Assembly: GCA_964016885.1 (NCBI GenBank) | Contig: OZ024740.1 | Location: forward strand, 168,826,001 to 168,890,000 | Direction of reading: 5' to 3' | DNA from: Eledone cirrhosa | Taxonomy: Eukaryota | Length of the DNA stretch: 64,000 nt | Made by a program: the position numbers and the translations under genes | Shown: positions 53,901-64,000 of the stretch, piece after piece | Layout of the letters: each line of letters opens with the position of its first letter | How positions within the stretch are numbered: position 1 is the first letter of the stretch | The notes under the pieces: generated by a model | Told to the model about the DNA's origin: nothing | Databases searched by the model: none | The model's input: only the letters and a program-made list of their open reading frames with translations

Positions 53901-53939
53901 TGAACCTGAAGATTGTGAAAGCATGAAAGTACTTGTTCA
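53901..53939 (+). ncRNA. Minimal type I hammerhead-ribozyme-like motif
   Basis: tgaac CTGAAGA ttg-tgaaag-cat GAAA GTAC TT gttca. Confidence 0.6.
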
Positions 53940-54104
53940 ATTAACACTTAACATTTAATATTCTACCATACTATTTCATTCTAATACCATTATAATTTTA
54001 AAGGATTGTAAATAAAACGAGTAAATCAGACAAAGTTGGAATTCCTTTTATTAATATAATCTTCTATACACAATCATACACACCCGTGTATATTTATTTA
54101 TATC

Positions 54105-54139
<35 letters not shown>

Positions 54140-54367
54140 ATAAAGTTATATCTGTATACATACATATATGTGTGTATACATACATATGTGTGTGCATGTG
54201 TGTCATCATTTTACATCTGATTTCTATGGTGGTATGTGTTGGAAAGCTTGATACAGTCCTAGCCAGATCTGATTCTGGGTGATTGCTCTTTTAGACTGAA
54301 GGTTCAAATCTTGATCATATGTTCCATATATATATATCAATAGGTAATTTTTTTTTTTTTTTTTCAG

Positions 54368-54421
54368 ATATAATTGAGAAAAATGCTGCTCATGGTTGTT
54401 CAGAATATTTTCATTCTTTAG
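54368..54421 (+). CDS. GRAMD1B: GRAMD1/Aster-like exon, VASt C-terminal helix: NIIEKNAAHGCSEYFHSL
   Basis: Poly-T+CAG acceptor, gtatgt donor, 54 nt phase 1-1; resembles FIEKNFWSGLEDYFRHL of Aster-B (recalled). Confidence 0.92.
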
Positions 54422-54786
54422 GTATGTGCCATATCATTTTAAATTAATTTTTTGTTTGTTTTTCTAATGTAGTATGCAAGCAGTTGTGAATAAGGGAATA
54501 AGGATTACTAACTCATCAAATAATTGAATTGTTTTAATTTTAATATCTGTGAAGAAGTTTCATATTTATTTTATCATACTAAATTATATGAGAGTCTTGA
54601 GTGTAGATGGAGTTCCCAAATAAACTAGTCATATATGTGGTACTTATATTCCATAACAATGTGAGTTATAATCCTTTTCTTACCATATTTCTAATGAAAA
54701 CACTGCATACAATTTTCAGATATTTTTAAAGAAAATAATCAAGAATTAACGAGGATTTAGAAAAATAATATACTTTCTCATTTGCA

Positions 54787-54930
54787 GCATAGAGTTATGG
54801 TCCTTTATGGTCTGAGTTCAAATCCCGTCGAGGTTAACTTTGCCTTTCATCTTTACGGGATCGATAAAATAAAGTACCAGTAATGCACTGGGTAATTGCT
54901 GGCCTTGTGCCAAAAGTAGAAACAATTATT
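54787..54930 (+). mobile_element. SINE S1, 5'-truncated, inserted in a piggyBac-like MITE
   Basis: Family body; MITE sequence on both sides. Confidence 0.8.
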
Positions 54931-57185
54931 AAGAATCTGCTGTTCAGAGCATAACACTAAAGGGTTAACAAACGTTTTGACATAAAATTATGATGGAAGA
55001 TTTTTATATAGACGTTCCAATTTTAGCATGGTTTCTGTGGCTAGATGCCCTTCCTAACACCAATCAAAGTAATCTATATACACATGTGAAAACACAATCA
55101 GCACATCACTACAGTAGTTACTCGTAATTGTGTATAATCTGGTAGTGTGCAGCATGCTTTTACTAAGGATCTTAGGTGCTGATACAGTCATGTGCAGACA
55201 CAGACACCCTCTTGTCCCTTCTTCCATTTATCCAGTGTATCATTGGGGATGTAACAGCTGGAAAGAAAGTGGACTACACCAGCAGTGGGTTGGTACTCTT
55301 CTTTATTGACAATAAAAGGGTGAAAGTCAAAGTAGACCTTGGTGGAATTTGAATTCAGACTGCAGAGACCCAGAACAAATATCCAGTACTTGCTCTAACA
55401 ACTCTGCCAAACTGACTACATTACATACACCACATACATACATATATGCACAAAGTTCCAGAATGACATTTAGAGCAGATGTCCACCTCATCAATACTTG
55501 AAACTACTTGTTGTTTTTCTAGGTTCCTAGGTTATTGTATGGAAACATATTGACTGCTAATAACCTATGATCTTACAGTATATTGTATATTGATTGATTA
55601 TAGTATTGATCTATTCTCAGGAGTATTTACAATCATTTCCCTCTCATGTGAAACACAATTGAATATTAAATCAAGCAAACGGTGTAATGAATAGGATAGT
55701 TCCTATATAGCCTTAAAGCAACTAAAATTGGAAGTTCAAGTCATGACAACTTGGTATATGTATGTCTCTGTTTTGAAGGTAGTAAAATAAAACCACTTGT
55801 ACTTTTTGCTGTTGTCATAATCACTATCATCATTGAAACTTTCTACTGTAACAAACATTGATTTCACATATAACCTGATTGGATATAACTTAATCCTTAT
55901 CTGATAAAGTATAATAGAATTGCTGTTTCAGTATATCCGACGCTTTTAGAACAAAATCCCTTCCACCATTTTGATACAAAACCATTTGAAACTTACCCAG
56001 GTGTTACTATACAAAGCTATTTATTTTAAAGTGTTTACATTTGTCTAAAGGCCTGCCATCATAATTTCATGTAAGAATATTTGTTGTTATTTTCCAAACA
56101 ACAACTTAATGAGAAAATCAGTTTATTACAAAATCTCCTAATTCTTTATTGTTTACAAAATTATTTGAAAATCATAGGAGTGTCTATCTTTAGAAATATA
56201 GTAAAGAAAGGGTTAGCAACCTTTCCAACTCCAAGCAATGCTCTAACACTTGATCAGTCAGAATAATGGATATTTGGCAATTATCTCATGAAGAGATTTC
56301 CTGACAATCATGATGACTATGTTGTTGTTAGTGATGGTGTTATTGTTGTTGTGTACCTATTAAAAATATTAAAGATCCTCTGGCATGGCAATATTCCAAT
56401 ACACAGCATTCTACCAATTTCACTATGACCCTGACTGGATGGCTAAGAGTGTACTATTACTAGTAAACAGCCAGTGAATGGAATGAGGTTTGTTACCAGC
56501 ATTACACAGAAGATAAGAAAGTAATTTCAGGAACAGTTTTTATTTTCTCTATATTGTGTTTTTCCCGTAGAAGTAAAAAAAATATGCTCAGGGTTTATAT
56601 ATTCTAAACTTATGGTATTTAATTACTTTTTGAATGTTGGAAAAATGTAGCAAATTTAAGAAAATAATTGGTGGATACATTCCTTTACTAAGTTTTTTTT
56701 TAAAACCTCTAACCTTGCTCTTCCTTTTTATAAGTTAACATGGTATGTTTTTTTCTTTTTTGTTAATTTTTTTCTTGCAATATTGTATTCTTTCAATAAA
56801 TGTTTAAATTAGATTCATAAAATAAAATTATTAATTTTTAACTCTTTCCTTAGCATATTTCTATAGAAAGACACTGCCTATGATTTTCAAATAATTTTGA
56901 AAATAATCAAGAATTCAGAGGGATTTAGTAAATTAAATAATTTATGCATTATTAAGCTTGTGTTTAAAATGAACAATTTTGTTAGTATGTTTTGATTTTC
57001 ATTGAAATATTTTCATTTGTTTTTTTGTATATTGACTATTCTGTGTGTCTGAACCTCTTGGATGTTTTTGTTTTATATATATAACATAATTGTGAAATCA
57101 GTTCTGTTGGTTTTAATATTCTTTCTTTAAATTTTATGAATTATATTAGTTTTTACATTCAAATTATTTTCAATTTTTTACATAG

Positions 57186-57371
57186 CCTGTGAATTACAAG
57201 CAGAATCTGAGAAATTAGAACAGAATCATCCAGGTAGTCATTCTGTACCAAAGAAAAAAGTACGCAAACGCCGTCGACAAATAGGCAGTACATCTGAAAC
57301 ACCAATACAACGACCTGGTACCGATTCTAAATCAAAGACAAAATCAGTCACTCCTTCCTCACCTACAAAAA
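57186..57371 (+). CDS. GRAMD1B: GRAMD1/Aster-like exon, post-VASt basic linker: ACELQAESEKLEQ...KKKVRKRRRQ...SPTK
   Basis: catag acceptor, gtaagt donor, 186 nt phase 1-1; EL..E helix and VRKRRR basic motif as in Aster proteins. Confidence 0.88.
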
Positions 57372-57977
57372 GTAAGTTCAAAAGTGTTTCATTTTCCTGT
57401 CCAAGTCTTGTCTTTGCTTATTCTTTAATTTAAGTATCCATGACCTTTCCTTTCTTGTTCATTATTTCAATTTTCTTGTATTTTTGTACTGGTTTCAATC
57501 TCTTGAGGCATCACCATCAGGCAATGTATTCCCAGGCAATCACATATTTAAGTGCTAACCAGGCTTCATTTTTCACTGTTGTGATTTTATGTGTACTGGT
57601 GATTTCAACATAATATTACCATCAGCATGATATAGTTAACTGAAACTCTTTCTTTAAGGCAGTCGATTTTGGCAGAGTAATTTGATCATCAGATAGAATG
57701 CATTGTGATATTTGTTTTGGCTACCTGCACTCTGCATTCAAATTCTGCCATTTGAAATATGAACACTTTAAAATAAAATACCTTTGTATCACAGAATCAT
57801 AGAACCAGAGATGGTTTGATGTTATAAAGTTATACTGACATATTTAGTGTGTGTATTTATTGGAAATATTCAATGCTCATTTTTCATGTATATATATGTG
57901 TGTGTACATATATGTGTATATCTTGAATGTATGTATGTATATATATATATATGTCAAAACCCATAGCTTTGTGATTA

Positions 57978-58262
57978 TGGTATTTGGCTCACAACCGTAA
58001 GGTCATGAGTTTGATTCGCGGCAGCGCATTGGGTCCTTGAGCAACACTTTATCTTACTTTGCTCCAGTCCATTCAGCTGGCAAAAATGAGTTGTACCTGT
58101 AATTCAAAGGGTCAGTTTTGTCATGCTGAATCTCCCTGAGAACTACATTAAGAGTACATGTATCTGTGGAATGCTCAGCCACTTGCACAGTAATTTCACA
58201 AGTAGGCTGTTCCATTGATCAGATCAACCGGAACACTTGTCGTAACCGGCAGAGTGTCAGTT
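57978..58262 (+). mobile_element. CORE-like tRNA SINE (S2-related head, different tail)
   Basis: ccttgagcaacactttat..ttgctccagtccattcagctg shared with S2. Confidence 0.7.
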
Positions 58263-58337
58263 ATCTTATATATATATATATGTATATATTCTGTATGAAA
58301 AAAACACTGTCAGCTAGTCAATTGACCATTATTGGAC

Positions 58338-58510
58338 GGCAGTATCGGTAGAGAGTCGGACTCCATGCTTTCCAGCATAGTTACGTCCCTTTACGATCTG
58401 AGTTCAAATCCCGCCGAGGTTGACTTTGCCTTTCATCCTTACGGGGTCGATAAAATAAAGTACCAGTAATGCACTGGGTAATTGCTGGCCTTGTGCCTAA
58501 AGTAGAAACA
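58338..58510 (+). mobile_element. SINE S1, 10-bp TSD
   Basis: TSD attattggac at 58328-58337 and 58511-58520. Confidence 0.92.
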
Positions 58511-59127
58511 ATTATTGGACAAGGGCCCAACTGCTCATTGCTGAACAATCTGTTGACTGCTGCTCTTAAGTGCCTGAAAATGAACTGTTGATTGCACTCA
58601 AACTCAATACAAACTATCTTTATGGACAAAGAGCTGACTACTGTCTAGTAGACAGTCTATTGATGCCTCATAAATATATAATTCTCTACTTTATTCATAA
58701 AGAAATTTCCAAACATTTGAGGTATTTTAAAATACCAACTTGTCTATTTTTCATTTAAGCATTCTTGCTTGCTTGACAGCCTTGGTGACTTATTAGAGCC
58801 TGAGTTACAAAGTTAACATAATAATAAAATTACTTTCCCATTTGAGATAATTTACTATATGGTTTAAGAATGACAGTAAGCAATATGTCATTTATTAATC
58901 TATATTAACAACTCTTTATCGAATTTGAAGGAGAAAATCTTGTTCTAACTTGAAATATCTCTGAAATGAACATACAAATTTTCACTTGATAATTTGCCTA
59001 TCTTTTATGTTGATTTAAACAATTCATCTTTTTCTACCTTTTTGTGAATATACAAGTCTGTTTATATGTGTGCATTGTACATAACTCTATGTCTCTATCT
59101 CCCGCCCCCCACTCTCTCTCTCTCTCT

Positions 59128-59163
<36 letters not shown>

Positions 59164-59209
59164 TAAAGAAAACGAAAAATCAGTGATGCATCTGGACTCA
59201 ATTTATTGT

Positions 59210-59298
59210 GTGTTACAATTGTTTCACCGGCAGGTAGCTCTAGACATGGTCCGTGTATGGATCTCGCTGATTCTACGGCTGCAGGTTCCTTCAGACAC
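59210..59298 (-). ncRNA. Type I hammerhead-like motif with ~61-nt stem II region
   Basis: gtgt CTGAAGGA acc.gcag..gtag...ctac ctgc.ggt GAAA CAATTG TA acac. Confidence 0.62.
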
Positions 59299-59646
59299 GG
59301 GTAGTTCGTTCGGATAAAATTTTATCACTGGGGTGTTATCATCAAATAACACCCTCAAAAAACCTCTTCCACTCTTGTCATGCCATTGGCTGTTGTTACT
59401 CCACATCATCTTAAGTTCTGGTCAGTATCTACTGCTACACGGGTCATCAGCCATTTGCCGTCCGACACACTTCAATCAAGTCATGATAGGTTCGGTATCT
59501 CACGTCTGTTCACACTCTAGAGCATGCACCCACACATATATACACACACAGGCAGACACAGACACATGCGTGCATACACATATGTACGCATACATGCGTA
59601 GACACACACACCCCCACTCATATATATAATATATATATATATATAT

Positions 59647-62270
59647 CAGGAATAAATTTCAAAGCATATTACTTGATGCTTTCGACAGTAAGGAAGAACA
59701 TTTAGAGTCGGACAATATAGAGCGAGAGTGGGAATTTCTGAAAGCAAACCTGCTGTTGGCGACAGACGAAGTCTGTGGCTGGAGCAGGCCTGTAGGCAGG
59801 AGGAGAGTAACATGGTGGTGGAACAGTAAGGTGGAGGGGTCAATTAAGGCCAAAAAGCAGGCTTGGAAAGTATGGCGGGATGGGGGAAGTAGAGAAGACT
59901 ATCAAGTGGCCAGGAGGGAAGCTAGGAGACAAGTGTACTTAGCAAGAAGGGAAGCTGAGGAAAGAAAGTTCAAGCATGTTCTACAACGCGATGACCAAAA
60001 ACGTGAGGTGTTCAGGATTGCTAGGCAATGCGTCAAGGAAAACCGTGATATTGTCGGGGAGAAGTGTGTACTAAACGACGATGGCACACTTGCCATCACC
60101 GACGCTGATAAGAAGGTAGCTTGGAAGTGTCACTACGAAAGGCTACTAAATGAGGAGAATAAATGGGAGAAAGACAGTCTCCCCCATATCGACCCAATAG
60201 AGGGACCAGCAGTGTTAGTCGAGGGGAGTATAATAAGTAAGGCAATCAAGGATATGAAGACGGGTAAGGCGGCTGGGCCTTCGGAAATAGTTGCTGAGAT
60301 GCTGAAGGCATCTGGCACGGTGGGACACACCATGGTCACCCGCATAGTTAACCAAGTCGTACAGAATGGGGTTGTTCCGAAGGACTGGCATAGCAGCATC
60401 ATCGTTAACTGTTATAAGGGTAAAGGAGACGCCCTAGATAGGAGTAACTATAGAGGCATTAAATTAATCGACCAGGTCATGAAGGTCACGGAAAAAGTAA
60501 TAGCGCAACTAATCAGAGAGAGAATCGACCTAGATGAAATGCAGTTCGGGTTTGTGTCAGGCAAAAGTACCACAGACGCTCTTTTCATAGTACGACAACT
60601 ACAGGAGAAGTACCTAGCTAAAGGTAAACCCCTCTACTTAGCTTTTGTCGACTTGGAGAAAGCCTTCGACAGAGTCCCTCGCTCCATTATCTGGTGGGCT
60701 CTTAGAAAACTAGGCGTTGACGAATGGCTTGTGAGGGCTATACAAGCCATGTATAAAGAAACAGTCAGCAAGGTTAGAATTAACAACGAATATAGTGAAG
60801 AGTTTAGCGTAAAAGTTGGCGTCCATCAGGGCTCTGTTCTCAGCCCCCTACTATTTATTATTGCCCTTCAGGCTATAACAGAGGAGTTCAAGACAGGCTG
60901 CCCACGGGAACTCCTATACGCAGACGACCTGACACTCATAGCGGAATCAATGGCCGAGCTAGAGAAGAAATTCCAAACATGGAAGCACGGCCTAGAGTCA
61001 AAAGGACTTAAAATTAACCTGGCTAAGACCAAAGTTCTAGTTTGTAGGAAAGAAAACAAGGCGGCGGTCCCTTCTGGGAAATGGTCGTGCTCGGTGTGTA
61101 GGAAAGGCGTAGGTAGAAACTCCATTTTATGTCCTAAATGCAAAGTATGGGTGCATAAAAGATGTAGTGGGATTACAGGTAAGCTAACTAAGAACATAGA
61201 TTTTACATGTGGCCGGTGTTCTGGTGCAATAAGTAGCAGCAAGTGCCCACAAAATACTAGCTCTTTCAATTGCGCAGAGGGTTCTATAGAAATAGTGGAC
61301 AGCTTCCGTTACCTGGGCGATAAAATCAGCAGTGGGGGAGGGTGCTCTGAAAGTACTGTAGCTAGAGTCAGAACTGGTTGGAAAAAGTTCAGAGAGCTTA
61401 TACCACTATTAGCTGCTAAAGGGTTCTCCCTAAAAATGAAAGGCAGGTTGTACGATGCCTGCATACGAACAGCAATGCTGCATGGCAGTGAGACCTGGGC
61501 ATTGTGTGCAGAGGATATACGCAGACTAGAGAGGAACGAAGCTTGCATGCTCCGCTGGATGTGTAACAGTAATATACGTGAACGGCAAAGCATAAACGAA
61601 CTAAGGAAAAAATTAGAGATAAGAGGGATCAGATGTTGTTTACTCGAGAGAAGGCTACGTTGGTATGGACACGTGATGCGCATGAAAGTCGATAGCTGTA
61701 TAACAAAGTGCAGGGCAATAAAGATAGACGGTAGTCACGGAATAGGCAGACCTAGAAAAACCTGGGACGAGCTGATAAACTCCGACATCACACACTTACA
61801 CCTCTCCAAGACAATGTCACTGGACTGAGACCTTTGGCGGTACTCAGTAACAGAGAAGACCCGCCTTACCTAAATATATAGTAAAACCTACTCCAACCAG
61901 TAGGCATCTCTAACAAAATACACCCCGTCCCACCACCACCACGCCCACCCCATCCACACCACCCCGTTCTATGTAAAGTTATGTTGGTGCCGCGCCATAG
62001 GCCGAAACAAATGAGATCGTGTAGGTGTCACGACAAAAAAACACACAGTCCACGCTGTAATGTGGCCGTGTAGGCAACACGGTAAAAACCTCCCAGACCC
62101 ACACTGTAAATGTGGTTGGTGTTAGGAAGGGCATCCAACTGTAGAAAACCTGCCAGACAGTCCTATGCGAGCAAGACAATCACTCTTGCCTCAAGTGGGA
62201 CTACCCCCGTCCAAACCCATGCAAGCGTGGAACACGGACGTTAAACGTTGATGATGATGATGATGATGAT
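59647..62270 (+). mobile_element. RTE LINE family B, 5'-truncated; complete RT, premature stop at 61826
   Basis: Frame open from 59648; all RT motifs, PHD-like finger; (TA)n at 5' junction; (GAT)n tail. Confidence 0.97.
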
Positions 62271-62555
62271 ATATATACACACACACACACACTCTCCCTC
62301 ACTTCCACAGAATCAGGCACACGCCAGCCACACGCCAGCCTAAGTCGCGCCATATATCCGGTCCGACAGGCACGGCCCACACAAACATACACATACGCGA
62401 GTACACATAGCTACGCACAACCTTATATACATATATATATATATATACACTCATACACACACATATATACATACACGCATATATATATATATATACATAC
62501 ACACACCTATATACAAAATACACATACGTACACAGAATTACATACACACAAACAT

Positions 62556-62586
<31 letters not shown>

Positions 62587-63380
62587 CAAAAAAACACTAC
62601 ATGCATACGCACACCCACACATATACATACATATATACATGCAGACAAATATACATCTACATATACATACGTACACGGACTGCCACATGCAGACACCTGT
62701 ACATATGCATATTTGCTTATACACACATGTTTCCACATATGCATATATAAACAAAACCGTAAATTAAAAATACATTATATAATAAAAAACACAATATACC
62801 ATAAAATAACGGTAAAATAACATAACATAAAATATCAATATAGTATACAATATAATATCTCTATATCGCTATATATACACATGCACACACATGCACACAC
62901 ATTCATACATACATATACGGATATATACAATGGATATATGATAAAATAATAAAAATAATAGTAATCAAATGTATATATAATCCATATATGATCATCCGTG
63001 CACATTCCTGTGAGATGTACATAAACATATACATGTATACACAAATACACATACACATATATAGAGGCCCACATATGCATACACCCGCACCCACACATAT
63101 GTATATATATATACACATACGCACCCACATACACACACATACTCATACGTAGCTATACGTATATACACACACACATATATATATACACATACTCTGCCAC
63201 ATACGTATATACATGTACATGCATGCACACACACGCGCTCATAAGCTCATGCATATACGTACATATGCCCATATACACACCCATGTATATATATATATAT
63301 CTACATACACATACATATACCTACGCACAGGTCCACACATAAAACACCCAAATATAAATACAATAGGATAATAAAATAAA
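62271..63380. repeat. Low-complexity (TA)/(CA) array
   Basis: Direct reading. Confidence 0.9.
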
Positions 63381-64000
63381 ATAAATTTACAATATTTTAG
63401 AATACATTAAATCTGTATGGAACTTCACAAATAGATACATAAAAAACGGCAGGGTGGGTACAGGAGAAGGTCTGTGTATCCATGTGATATACCACACACA
63501 GGTAGTATGAGGTGCAAACTTGGGTCCGTACATAGAACAAGTAACAGTAACAGAACAATAATAGAACAATAATGACAGTAATAATCATTGTTCCAAAGTG
63601 GAGCATGTGGAGAGTATATAGTCACGATTGACGGGGTACACATTCAAGGGGACGCCCGGCCCGGTCGCCATGGAGCATGGCACCATGGCTGGGGTGTGCT
63701 GTTCTATATGTTTATCGGACTGGGCAGCCGTGGGCCCCGTGTTAGCCGGTCTCGGCCCAGGCAATGTATCTGCCCAATGTTGCGTGCTCGGTCAGGTGCG
63801 CCTCTGGTTTACAAGTAGAGCGCTTAGAGAGATCCGCCATGGAAATATTCAATTACTCTCCTTCCCTGAAAGACATACCGATCCCGTCTGATAACACGTA
63901 CATGGGCCTGCTGATATACCACACAAACTCGTTCATCAGACGCATGAGGTGGCGCGCATTTCACCACAACAGGCGCACACAACAACACGCGCCCGACGCC

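Noticed and set aside
62299-63234. Several Cys/Val/Tyr/Ile-rich ORFs (also near 25673, 35544, 45881)
   Set aside because: Dinucleotide-repeat translations

Overview
AT-rich, repeat-dense animal genomic DNA. The SINE/RTE repertoire and microsatellite load suggest an octopus or other cephalopod (inference). The only host gene I can support is a + strand GRAMD1/Aster-like sterol-transfer gene. Six internal GT-AG exons (25218-25392, 38796-38939, 41686-41810, 44825-45017, 54368-54421, 57186-57371) join in one phase-consistent frame and encode an acidic linker, the whole VASt domain and a basic stretch; the 5' and 3' exons were not found in the window. The rest is intronic. It holds young RTE-clade LINE copies from two families with a C4HC3 PHD-like finger inside the RT and (GAT)n tails, plus a short-tailed RTE family. 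It also holds an internally deleted L1/Tx1 LINE, Penelope fragments, one DD34D mariner relic, two DD37D/maT-like relics, TTAA-flanked piggyBac-like MITEs, tRNA-derived SINEs and a gag-only LTR relic. Most notable: about ten hammerhead-ribozyme-like motifs (several with ~50-60 nt stem II regions), several long palindromes, and inverted near-identical LINE copies that bracket frame-preserving VASt exon blocks.
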